From positions 1 through 53,713 of the IMG/VR virus record IMGVR_UViG_3300012200_000003: 53,713 nucleotides of DNA; one strand, given 5' to 3'. The position numbers were made by a program, and so were the translations under genes. Every line of letters begins with the position of its first letter. Positions within the stretch are counted from its first letter, which is position 1. The notes under the pieces are model-generated. The model worked only from the letters and a program-made list of their open reading frames with translations. It was not told where the DNA came from and did no database searches. This stretch comes from a virus. Positions 28,541 to 36,842 of this stretch are shown here, piece after piece.

Positions 28541-30381
28541 TTTTGTTGGCCCATTCCTAAATATTGTGTAGCTTGTTGCTCAATCTGTTTTAATTGCATT
28601 ACTTGTTGTGGAGTTAAAGATTTAATATCTTGTTCACTAGCAAAAGCTTTAACTAAAGCAGAAAGAGAGGCAACTAATTGTTTTCCAATATCTCCTTGTT
28701 GTAATATTTTTGTATATTCTTCTGCCTTATCAGGATAAGAAAGTATTAAATAATCTTGAATAAATTTTTGAGCTAGTGCTGTTGTTTGAATTACTGGCCA
28801 ATCAGTTCTCATCTGTTGAAGCTTATTTTGTCTTTCTATTACATCTACATCACCTGCCGGCCTTACTTCGTAGACTTTACTTATGATTTCTGAATCATTT
28901 ATCATTTCCATTTCACTACTAGGAATCATTTCTCCAGTTGGAGATGGAATCATAATAGGAACTTGTTTTTGAAGAAAAGGAATCTTACCTTGTAAAGCTT
29001 GAGATTGAACAATTATCCAAACAAAACTAAATATTGCTCTTAAATCTTCAGAGAAGTCTGCTAATCCGATACTTTCCTGTTGTTTTTCTTCAGTTTCAGC
29101 GAGAGAAAGTTCTTTTGCTGTCTTACGACTATCTTTTCTATTTGACACAGCAAATGAGGTCTTACCTGTACTTTGGGAATTAAGAGTAGCAAGATACTGC
29201 ATCGCTGTTAATACTAACGGGTCTGGGTATTCCGTGTGAAAGAAATTAAGTGGTTTAGAATAAATTCCACCATGAGTTAATTCTACATCTAATTGTTTTA
29301 TATCTGCACTTTCTCCATCATCCGTCGTTGGACTTGCATATACATTTGCAGCTCTAAGTAATCCATTAGTAAAACCACTTACTATTGCAGACTGAGCTTC
29401 TTGCATTGGTAAATCTAAAAATCCTCTTCCAACATGCTCTGTTAAAATTTCTTCTTCGTCATCTTTATATAAGTATTGAAAAATAGGATATAATCCTACA
29501 TCTTTATCTATCCAAATCTTGGATGGTGTGTTTCCTCCTTGTAGCTGTTCAATTTGCAATCCAACACCATCCGGAGATTGTTGTTCTGCTATACCAAGTT
29601 TTAATTTTTCTGGATCTTTAAGCCAACTAGAAATATTAGAATCCCTAGAATACCAACAAACCCATACAGCATTATTATATTTATAATATACTTTATAGAC
29701 TGTAACAGTATCGTCTCTTTTTCTTTTTGCAGTATTAGCAGAAATTATAACATCAATTTGATCAGAAGAAAAACCTTTAGATTTAAATTGTTCTAGCCTA
29801 AGTAAAGTTATATCATATCTACGAATTACATACTCAGAATCTTGTAGATTTGAAGTTTTTTTATTATAAAATAACTTATCAAATCCTATATGTTCAAATC
29901 CAACATGAAGTGGTTTAGTTTCATCAAAAACAACTTCAATAGAATCCCAGCCATGAAGTTGAGAGCCATCTATAAGTTTTTTAAAATCTTTATACCAACC
30001 TTGAAAAGTAAGTCCTTTTGTAAACTCTTTCTCGAGATTATCTGTTTGAATCTCAGGATTAGATATACAAGTAAAAATTGCAAGTCTATTAGATTGTTTA
30101 AGGAAAGCAAGAAATTCTGGAAGTTCTCTAGATATATTAGTATCTATCACTCTCTGTGGAACAAATGTCTCATCTGGTAAAATGTCACCAGATTTTCTTA
30201 AACCTTCTACATCTAAATCTATATATCGTTCATTTCTTCTTTGTTCTGCTTCTTTACATAAAGAACTCCAGCTATCTATTAAATCATTTATCCTTATTTT
30301 AGCTTTATCGTAATCAAAATAATCATCATAAAATAAATCTATAACTTGGTCATCGGCCGGAGCTTTTAATAATTCTGGCAT
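28537..30381 (-). CDS. Probable portal protein (614 aa)
   Basis: Size and position upstream of scaffold/capsid and downstream of terminase. No motif-level proof. Confidence 0.6.
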   Translation of the reverse strand: MPELLKAPADDQVIDLFYDDYFDYDKAKIRINDLIDSWSSLCKEAEQRRNERYIDLDVEGLRKSGDILPDETFVPQRVIDTNISRELPEFLAFLKQSNRLAIFTCISNPEIQTDNLEKEFTKGLTFQGWYKDFKKLIDGSQLHGWDSIEVVFDETKPLHVGFEHIGFDKLFYNKKTSNLQDSEYVIRRYDITLLRLEQFKSKGFSSDQIDVIISANTAKRKRDDTVTVYKVYYKYNNAVWVCWYSRDSNISSWLKDPEKLKLGIAEQQSPDGVGLQIEQLQGGNTPSKIWIDKDVGLYPIFQYLYKDDEEEILTEHVGRGFLDLPMQEAQSAIVSGFTNGLLRAANVYASPTTDDGESADIKQLDVELTHGGIYSKPLNFFHTEYPDPLVLTAMQYLATLNSQSTGKTSFAVSNRKDSRKTAKELSLAETEEKQQESIGLADFSEDLRAIFSFVWIIVQSQALQGKIPFLQKQVPIMIPSPTGEMIPSSEMEMINDSEIISKVYEVRPAGDVDVIERQNKLQQMRTDWPVIQTTALAQKFIQDYLILSYPDKAEEYTKILQQGDIGKQLVASLSALVKAFASEQDIKSLTPQQVMQLKQIEQQATQYLGMGQQK

Positions 30382-30386
30382 AATTT

Positions 30387-30590
30387 TTATTTTACTTCTA
30401 AAGAAGTAATTTTAGTTGTGTCAATTACATTATAGCTATTAGAAGTAAATATAATAGCAACCTCTTGAGTAGGTGATACTGCGATAATATCTGGACTATC
30501 AATTTTAAATTGCTGACCATCACTAATATGAACAATAAAAGATTTAAATGGATATAATCTAATAGATTCCCGAAGAGTAGTTCTATTCAT
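30387..30590 (-). CDS. Small beta-rich protein, paralogue family member 2 of 5
   Basis: YPFKSFIVHISDGQQFKIDSPDIIAVSP...ITSLEV matches the family pattern. Confidence 0.6.
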   Translation of the reverse strand: MNRTTLRESIRLYPFKSFIVHISDGQQFKIDSPDIIAVSPTQEVAIIFTSNSYNVIDTTKITSLEVK

Positions 30591-31165
30591 ATATTAAATT
30601 TTATTGGAATCTTAACTCCATTTCTAATTACAAAACCATTTGTTACTACAAACTCAAAAAGTGTTTTTTCTATTCTAACATCCTCTAAACAATAATCTAT
30701 AACTTCTGCATGTCTATTTTGCTGATATAGTTTTGGCGCCGTAGCTCCATCTAATGTTTTTCTCATCTTTACTGTCTCAAAAGCTACATCATCTAATTTT
30801 ACACCTCCATGTGTAAAACCAACGAATTTATCAGGATTAAGTCCTTTACTTATCCAAATTTCTCGAAGGATATCAAAATCTTTAGAAACTTTAATTTTAT
30901 CTTGTGGTATAGACCAACAAGCTGTAATTACTTTCATATCAAAATTTACAGTATTATATCCTACTATATAATCGTAAGTAAGAAGTATGTCTAGAGCTTC
31001 TAATTTAGAATTATCATCAAATACTCTATATCTACCAGTAAAGTAATCAAATAAGCAAAGACAACTTATACCCATATTGGTGTGGTCACTCCAGCCTTTT
31101 GCCAAAGATTCTATTGGTTGCTTGATTTCCAAATCAAATACAGCAATTTTCTTATTCTCTAGCAT
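30587..31165 (-). CDS. DEDD (DnaQ-like) 3'-5' exonuclease
   Basis: ExoI AVFDLEI, ExoII GYNTVNFDM, ExoIII region HAEVIDYCLEDV. Confidence 0.65.
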   Translation of the reverse strand: MLENKKIAVFDLEIKQPIESLAKGWSDHTNMGISCLCLFDYFTGRYRVFDDNSKLEALDILLTYDYIVGYNTVNFDMKVITACWSIPQDKIKVSKDFDILREIWISKGLNPDKFVGFTHGGVKLDDVAFETVKMRKTLDGATAPKLYQQNRHAEVIDYCLEDVRIEKTLFEFVVTNGFVIRNGVKIPIKFNI

Positions 31166-31170
31166 AAATT

Positions 31171-31431
31171 TTAATAAAATTGTTCTTCAGTCTCATTATC
31201 TTGTGCTACTGGAGTCATCTTTAACGGCTTGAGTTTTCTAGATGGTGGTTCGTAAGTTGATACTGGCTGTCCAGGCTCTTTATTAGATTTCTCAGGTTTA
31301 TCTAGATTTTCCTGCGCACGCGCATGATCTAATCTTATACCAACCATATCTCGAATATATTCAAGGAGTTTACGGTCGTTTATTTGCATTATTCGAGATT
31401 GCCACATTTGGTGCTGAGAATTTTTAGCCAT
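31171..31431 (-). CDS. Hypothetical protein (86 aa)
   Basis: ORF in the array. Confidence 0.5.
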   Translation of the reverse strand: MAKNSQHQMWQSRIMQINDRKLLEYIRDMVGIRLDHARAQENLDKPEKSNKEPGQPVSTYEPPSRKLKPLKMTPVAQDNETEEQFY

Positions 31432-31481
31432 ATTTATTTACCTTTCCAATCATAACACTAAGAGACATTCAATTTCAATAT

Positions 31482-32027
31482 TCATAAAGAAGCTCCAAAA
31501 AGATTTAAAGCTAGTAAAGCATTACTTTCACAATTATCACAACGTTTATTTCTAGATTGCTCTTTTACCGTAGCCCATCTAATATTTAACTTCCAGTTAT
31601 TTTCTTTACACTCATCACATTGGCCACAAGAATAATTTCCGTTTACTAAAATTCTATCAAGAGATTTATCTTTAGGCTTTTCTCCTAAAATAGAAATAAA
31701 ATTTAAGACAGAACCCTTTAAAAATTTACATACTTGAATTCCACGGCCTCCATAATTTTTATAGTATAAACTATTTGAATTCTTACATCTATCTTTCATA
31801 TTAGACCAACAACTCCAAGTTGGAGTTCCATAAAATCCATGAACTTCATTCCTAGGATTAAAGCATCCACATGACTTAGTTTTACCTGCCCTTAAACTAA
31901 GACCTCGTATAATTTTAACATTACCACAATCACACTTACATTTCCATAACCTCCCATAAATATCTCTTCCAGATTTACCAATAACTAATAACTTCCCATA
32001 TCTATTACCAATCTCATTCTTATACAT
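31482..32027 (-). CDS. Cys-rich HNH-related (LDRI..NGNY...RWAT..EQ..N type) homing-endonuclease-like protein, paralogue of 35204..35836
   Basis: Start moved to Met22 (MYKNEIGNRYGKLLVIG), which overlaps the terminase stop by 8 nt. Motifs: WKCKCDCG, SCGC, YKNYGGRGIQVC, SLDRILVNGNY..NIRWATVKEQSRNKR. Confidence 0.6.
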   Translation of the reverse strand: MYKNEIGNRYGKLLVIGKSGRDIYGRLWKCKCDCGNVKIIRGLSLRAGKTKSCGCFNPRNEVHGFYGTPTWSCWSNMKDRCKNSNSLYYKNYGGRGIQVCKFLKGSVLNFISILGEKPKDKSLDRILVNGNYSCGQCDECKENNWKLNIRWATVKEQSRNKRCDNCESNALLALNLFGASL

Positions 32028-33738
32028 AATTATATTTACTATTCTTTTTTGTTTTATGTCCAGTAATAATACTAAGTGAACCATGAGCATTTGTTTTCTT
32101 CCTTCTCTGTAATTTCATTCCATTCCAAGTTATTTGTTCTTCTATTTCTTCCGGAGTCATTTTAGTAGAGTCTTTTTCTACTTTAACAGATTCATCTTCT
32201 ATAAACTGATCTAAAAAATCTGATACTTTAATATTAGAAAATGCTAAAACAGCAGCATCAGCCCTATCAGGAGAATTTATTCCTTCAGCTATCATTTCAA
32301 GTTTGCTTTGTAAACAAAGCTTATCTATTCCTGCTGTGCTTTCTTTATACTTTCTACTTGCAAGTTGAGAATATAGTTTATCATCATCTAGAAGAATTAT
32401 TACTCCTTCTTCTACTAAACGAGAAAACTTACTCCATATTTCTGCACCTCTATTCCGAAATTGTTTTTTATTCTTAGCGGCGGACTGATTTAATACTCTA
32501 TTTATCATCCACTTCTTTTTACGTAAAATATCTATTACAGCTCTCCCCACGCCACCATCATCACCATATATGTATGGATGATCTTTAGGAATCTTAGCTT
32601 CAGATAGTTCTTTATCTATGAAATCAGCTAATAAAGTTGCATCTTTTATTCTACAAGTTTTTTGTTTAATTTGTTTATTTCCCTTAAAAATACTTACTAC
32701 AGACTCATCACCATTTGTAGAAAGAGCTATATCAATACCAATTCTTATTTCATTACCAAAAGATTTAATGAAATTTAGTTTAACTTTATTTCTTAATTTC
32801 TCAAGCCGTTCATGGGATAAAACATATTTCCCATCTATAAAAGTAAAAAGTGCGAGCCATTTACTTCTAAAGTGTGGATTAAATTCTCCAAGCTCTTTTA
32901 AATCTTCATCAAACTCATCTCTACTTTGATGAGGGCAATCAAAAAATGTTACACGTTTTTTATTTGGCCAATTGATAAAAGACTTATAAAAATCTCCAAT
33001 AGGGGCACCAGGAGTTGATACATTAATCCAATAATTAAAACCAGTACATCTACGTAAAGCTCTAAAGATTTCAGGAGCTACAGATTTTGCTTCATTCACA
33101 ATTATCGCCATTTCACTATTAGGTTCGAGTGGATGATAGCCTTCTGCTTTTCCTTCTTCATCTGTAGCAAATAGAATAATCTCAGAACCAGACAAATTAC
33201 AAACTATATGCCTTTTATTTACTTTTAAAATAAAAGCACCTAGATTGGCAAGAGACCAATTATTTATTCTTTCCGCAAGACCACTTATGTAAGCTTCTGT
33301 TTGATTTGTAAGTTGAACTCCCGAACTTGAAGTTATAATAACACGACTACGTATTTTTGTAAGAATAAACCAAAGAGAAAAGGGAGCAATAATAAAAGCA
33401 TCTTTACCAGAGCCATTTGCTGCACAAAGAGCAAATTTATGTGGATGTAAACTTGTAGATTTAACTCTACATAAAGATTCTCCTGTATCTATTTGCCAGG
33501 GATGAAGAATTACAGTTCCATTATTTATTTGTGGGTCAAAGAAAGCAAGAAGTTCTATTGATGTATCAAAACCTTCAAGGCGCTGCCAATTTTCATAGAT
33601 TCTTTCTGGTTTTTCATCATTAAAATACTCAGAATCTTTTTTATTTTCTCTGGCACTTTCCTTTTTAAAAGATTCATCTGCAGAGAGAGGAATTACTACT
33701 CTTTTGGCTTCAATTAAATCTGGATTTTCTAGTAACAT
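32020..33738 (-). CDS. Terminase large subunit
   Basis: Walker A-like CAANGSGKDAF; Walker B-like MAIIVNEAK. C-terminal nuclease-like acidic motifs (GIDIALSTNGDES, DDGGVG). Size and position fit. Confidence 0.75.
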   Translation of the reverse strand: MLLENPDLIEAKRVVIPLSADESFKKESARENKKDSEYFNDEKPERIYENWQRLEGFDTSIELLAFFDPQINNGTVILHPWQIDTGESLCRVKSTSLHPHKFALCAANGSGKDAFIIAPFSLWFILTKIRSRVIITSSSGVQLTNQTEAYISGLAERINNWSLANLGAFILKVNKRHIVCNLSGSEIILFATDEEGKAEGYHPLEPNSEMAIIVNEAKSVAPEIFRALRRCTGFNYWINVSTPGAPIGDFYKSFINWPNKKRVTFFDCPHQSRDEFDEDLKELGEFNPHFRSKWLALFTFIDGKYVLSHERLEKLRNKVKLNFIKSFGNEIRIGIDIALSTNGDESVVSIFKGNKQIKQKTCRIKDATLLADFIDKELSEAKIPKDHPYIYGDDGGVGRAVIDILRKKKWMINRVLNQSAAKNKKQFRNRGAEIWSKFSRLVEEGVIILLDDDKLYSQLASRKYKESTAGIDKLCLQSKLEMIAEGINSPDRADAAVLAFSNIKVSDFLDQFIEDESVKVEKDSTKMTPEEIEEQITWNGMKLQRRKKTNAHGSLSIITGHKTKKNSKYNYV

Positions 33739-33945
33739 TTATTTATTAATTGAATTCTTTTCTGTAATCTCCACAATATGTTCCGCATCAATAGTTCTAA
33801 CTATATTATCCGAGTCAATTACAACTAAAATTCCAATACCAATTGCTACAAAATCCATATGGGGAATCTCAATCTTATCTCCATTTGACAGCTTCAATGT
33901 AAAAGCTTTATTAGATTCTCTATGTCTAAACTGATTTAAATTCAT
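33739..33945 (-). CDS. Small beta-rich protein, paralogue family member 3 of 5
   Basis: AFTLKLSNGDKIEIPHMDFVAI...IVEITE matches the family pattern. The stop abuts the terminase start. Confidence 0.6.
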   Translation of the reverse strand: MNLNQFRHRESNKAFTLKLSNGDKIEIPHMDFVAIGIGILVVIDSDNIVRTIDAEHIVEITEKNSINK

Positions 33946-33950
33946 AAAAA

Positions 33951-34301
33951 TTACTCTAAAAATTCTTTTAATCCATCAACGATAGAAATAAAAAGAACAT
34001 CCTTTACTCTCTGCAATTCTGGCAATCTATCATATGGAACCATATTTGGATGCTCTTTCTTTTCTACATTTTTAATAGAACTATATTTCCATCCAGCTTG
34101 GAGTCTAATTTTTAACCATTCTGAATGATTTTCTTCTGCCGTCCCATGAGTATTTTTAAGACGAAATTTTACACCTGCTATAACATAATCTTTTTGCCAG
34201 TCTGGAGATTGTGACCAAAGAAACTGTGAAAAATCTCCTAAACTTTCACAATAAGCTTTATTAGCTTCGTGCGCAATTCTAGCTATGTCCTCTATTTTCA
34301 T
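33951..34301 (-). CDS. RyR-domain protein
   Basis: HSEWLKIRLQAGWKYSSIKNVEKKEHPNMVPYDRLPELQRVKD matches the bacterial/phage RyR-domain signature (W......GW.YG......K.HP.LVPY.ELPE..K..D), as recalled. Confidence 0.6.
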   Translation of the reverse strand: MKIEDIARIAHEANKAYCESLGDFSQFLWSQSPDWQKDYVIAGVKFRLKNTHGTAEENHSEWLKIRLQAGWKYSSIKNVEKKEHPNMVPYDRLPELQRVKDVLFISIVDGLKEFLE

Positions 34302-34744
34302 TCTGATTTTACAAGTTTTCTTCCACCATTTACATCATCTACTATTGAAGCACCGGGAACAAAACATAAAGCTTCACTTATATTTAATCCTTGTTGTGTT
34401 GTTACTTGAATAACACAGCCAACCCCATTTATTTGATATGCTTTAGTAGATTTCATCCAGTTTTCACTTTTAGAAGATGCTTTACATAGTAATTGAAAGC
34501 TATCACAATTACCAAACATCACAACATCAGTTACTTTAGTTGAAGAAACATCAATATTAGATACTATTTTAGGAGTTTCTACTGCTTTAACTGGTTCTAC
34601 TGGAATTTCTACTTTAGAAATTTCTTTTACTACCGGCGTCAGAACTTTAATAGGTTCTATTGGAATTACTACTTTAGTAATTGGAGCTTCCGTTTTAATT
34701 ATCGGAGCCGTTACTGGAATAATTACTGGAGTAGTTTCTTTCAT
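34298..34744 (-). CDS. Protein with a Pro/Val/Ile-rich repeat N-terminus (148 aa)
   Basis: PVIIPVTAPIIKTEAPITKVVIPIEPIKVLTPVVKEISKVEIPVEPVKAVETPK. First gene after the structured non-coding block. Confidence 0.55.
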   Translation of the reverse strand: MKETTPVIIPVTAPIIKTEAPITKVVIPIEPIKVLTPVVKEISKVEIPVEPVKAVETPKIVSNIDVSSTKVTDVVMFGNCDSFQLLCKASSKSENWMKSTKAYQINGVGCVIQVTTQQGLNISEALCFVPGASIVDDVNGGRKLVKSE

Positions 34745-34848
34745 AAAAAGTTTTTAGTCTCCATTACTTATCACAAGATAAGAATTAAAAATGCACTCAA
34801 CTCCTCCTGGGAATTTTTATTTTCAATCATCTGGAGACTAAATTAATA

Positions 34849-34859
34849 TTCTGTCATAG
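34849..34859 (-). repeat. 11-mer CTATGACAGAA, copy a (inverted on the plus strand)
   Basis: Plus strand reads TTCTGTCATAG. Flank conservation extends to about 17 nt (..AATATTCTGTCATAG). Confidence 0.8.
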
Positions 34860-34960
34860 TTTTCTACACAAGTAAAAATCAAACCTGAAACAGACGCCAA
34901 AAATTCTAGGAAAAGCGAAACATAAAACTAGAATTATTTAGTATTTTCAGTCTATTTGAC

Positions 34961-34971
34961 CTATGACAGAA
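34961..34971 (+). repeat. 11-mer CTATGACAGAA, copy b
   Basis: Exact 11-mer followed by ATTAA. Confidence 0.8.
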
Positions 34972-35168
34972 ATTAAAGTGAGTATGATACTTTATCATGG
35001 AGGTATTTACAACCATAAGATAAGTATTTTATCTAATTAAACATACTCACTAATTGAGGAACTCTATAAAGTCACCGCGAGAGACTGTGAATCAGGTCGC
35101 TTGTGAGAACCTTAATTTAATCCCTTTATCGCTATCTATAGAGTTCCAAATTATTATTTCCAATTAAG

Positions 35169-35179
35169 CTCGCGCGCAG
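35169..35179. repeat. GC-rich inverted repeat arm CTCGCGCGCAG
   Basis: Its reverse complement CTGCGCGCGAG matches 36305..36315 (CCGCGCGCGAG) at 10 of 11 positions. The two arms bracket the two-gene cassette 35204..36258. Confidence 0.6.
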
Positions 35180-35203
35180 AAATTTTAATAATAAATTCTT
35201 CAT

Positions 35204-35836
35204 TTATAATATAAAGACCGGGTTTTCTAGTATATCCTTGTGTTTTAATGCAAGATCATAGGTAGATATATCTACACCCAGAATTTCTATTCTTGTCGGT
35301 CTTCTATTATTAGCTTGATTTTTCCAAGTATCCCATTTAATATTTAATTCCCATCCATTTTTTAAACATTCTTCACATTTACCACAAGTGTAACCTTTAT
35401 CATTGTTAATTCTTTCTATACTATATTTTTTAGATGGCCTATATCCAATAACAGAAGTAAAATTATCAGGTGATTGTGCTATAAATTGGCAAACATTAAT
35501 TCCTCTTCTTCCATAATTTTTATACTGTTCATTATTTTCATTTTGACATCTACCTACCATTGAATTCCATACATTATACTCAGGAAAATAACTCATCCCA
35601 TGAATTTCCTTAAATCCACACCTACAACCACAAGATTCTGAACCTCCATTTAATAATGAACGTTCTCTTATGGAAGATTCTTTACCACAAGAACATTTGC
35701 ATAACCAATAATATACAGATAAATATCTCCAATCTATAAAATCTGAACGCCAGATTTTTTCTTTAACAATCTTATCCAATTTAATGACAATAAGATTACC
35801 AAAAATACGTCCTGTTAAATCTATTTTCTTTTTCAT
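35204..35836 (-). CDS. Cys-rich HNH-related homing-endonuclease-like protein, paralogue of 31482..32027
   Basis: Shares WLCKCSCG, SCGC, YKNYGRRGINVC and SIERINNDKGY..NIKWDTWKNQANNRR with the paralogue. Confidence 0.6.
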   Translation of the reverse strand: MKKKIDLTGRIFGNLIVIKLDKIVKEKIWRSDFIDWRYLSVYYWLCKCSCGKESSIRERSLLNGGSESCGCRCGFKEIHGMSYFPEYNVWNSMVGRCQNENNEQYKNYGRRGINVCQFIAQSPDNFTSVIGYRPSKKYSIERINNDKGYTCGKCEECLKNGWELNIKWDTWKNQANNRRPTRIEILGVDISTYDLALKHKDILENPVFIL

Positions 35837-36258
35837 TCACTTAAGTGTTTTACTTCTGTTGGGATATCAATTATCTTATTTTTACCTTGCTCTATAGCCT
35901 TCTTGGCAGCTAACATTTGATCGTTAATAAGATTCACATTAATATTCAACATTTTTAATGATTGAGTATTATTCCTTCCCAAATTCTCGTAAAGAATAAA
36001 TTTAGCAGCTTTATAGCTTACATTGTCTTTTTCAGACCAAACTAAACTAGACATTCTAGCCTTGGCCATAGCAAATTCATCATCTGTAAAAAGAGATGGA
36101 TTCTTTTTAGAATCTTTTCTAAATTTGCTACTAGAACTTATTAAAACCATCTTAACCGACTCCTCTTCAAGTCCAAGAGCTTCCGCAATCTGAATAGGCT
36201 CCATATCAGACTGTTCGTATAATTCTGTTATCTGCGCATTTAACATTTCTTTATTCAT
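35833..36258 (-). CDS. HTH-containing protein (possible small terminase subunit or regulator)
   Basis: N-terminal HTH-like segment EPIQIAEALGLEEESVKMVL. First gene of the leftward arm, downstream of promoter P7. Confidence 0.45.
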   Translation of the reverse strand: MNKEMLNAQITELYEQSDMEPIQIAEALGLEEESVKMVLISSSSKFRKDSKKNPSLFTDDEFAMAKARMSSLVWSEKDNVSYKAAKFILYENLGRNNTQSLKMLNINVNLINDQMLAAKKAIEQGKNKIIDIPTEVKHLSE

Positions 36259-36259
36259 G

Positions 36260-36270
36260 CTATGACAGAA
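36260..36270 (+). repeat. 11-mer CTATGACAGAA, copy c (abuts the start codon of 35833..36258 on the minus strand)
   Basis: Exact 11-mer followed by TTAAT. Confidence 0.8.
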
Positions 36271-36304
36271 TTAATTCCATCATCTTACTTCGTAATACTA
36301 TATT

Positions 36305-36315
36305 CCGCGCGCGAG
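36305..36315. repeat. GC-rich inverted repeat arm CCGCGCGCGAG
   Basis: Partner of 35169..35179. GCGCGCG is very rare in this AT-rich genome. Confidence 0.6.
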
Positions 36316-36374
36316 AACTTAGTTTATCTATTAAATTTTTCACTCTAATTCTCTATAGAAAACAAGTAATAGTA

Positions 36375-36389
36375 GCAGATTCTGTGCCA
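36375..36389 (-). promoter_or_regulatory. Sigma-54 (-24/-12) promoter P7, head of the leftward arm
   Basis: Minus strand reads aaCTGGCACAGAATCTGCTACTAT. 117 nt upstream of the ATG at 36258. Confidence 0.7.
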
Positions 36390-36558
36390 GTTATTTAAAC
36401 TTTTATGTTTTAGAAAATGTTATACTGGAGTAAGGATTTTTTAATAGGGAAATTGTGAGAATAGCAGTAGTCGGTTTTCATTTTATTTCGTATTCGATTT
36501 CCAATGTTATATGAAACTAACATTCTTAGTCTCAACTAATAATCTTAGATGAAACTAT

Positions 36559-36615
36559 AGTTAGTAAGTACTCACTTACTTTCCTGGGCACTAAGTTAGT
36601 AAGTACTCACTTACT
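36559..36615. repeat. Two 22-bp direct repeats AGTTAGTAAGTACTCACTTACT (period 35 bp), each internally palindromic
   Basis: Copies at 36559..36580 and 36594..36615. Each has inner arms AGTAAGT / ACTTACT. Confidence 0.85.
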
Positions 36616-36622
36616 ATATAGA

Positions 36623-36670
36623 TAGTCAACTACTAATGACCAGGCTTTAATAGTTAACTAGTCAACTACT
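36623..36670. repeat. Two 12-bp direct repeats TAGTCAACTACT (period 36 bp)
   Basis: Copies at 36623..36634 and 36659..36670. Confidence 0.8.
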
Positions 36671-36827
36671 GTCCATGTCCTAAATCTGGACTGTCTCAAA
36701 ACTGGAATAAAACTAGACACTCAATGTATTGCATTTGCAGTGCGTTTGCATTACATTTCACTGGGTGAATATACCAAATACACCACCTGTAGTAGCATAG
36801 CAGGTCTATGTATACCATATATTGTGT

Positions 36828-36842
36828 TGGCACGCGAATTGC
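36828..36842 (+). promoter_or_regulatory. Sigma-54 (-24/-12) promoter P1
   Basis: tgTTGGCACGCGAATTGCATATAG, with GG-N10-GC spacing exact. 202 nt upstream of the ATG at 37044. Confidence 0.75.

Larger units (their letters stand above)
34753..35147 (-). other. Four end-to-end long-range inverted-repeat domains (candidate structured RNA / regulatory block)
   Basis: Perfect stems: A 34753..34763 with 34832..34842 (11 bp); B 34849..34859 with 34961..34971 (11 bp); C 34977..34986 with 35042..35051 (10 bp); D 35058..35068 with 35137..35147 (11 bp). Linkers are only 5-6 nt. Confidence 0.45.

Noticed and set aside
35058-35147. Possible long-arm tRNA (a 90-nt segment closed by an 11-bp stem)
   Set aside because: On neither strand is there a D-arm (GG) or T-loop (GTTCRANYC) signature or a 7-nt anticodon loop in the right place. 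An 11-bp closing stem is not an acceptor stem. It is treated instead as domain D of the hairpin block.
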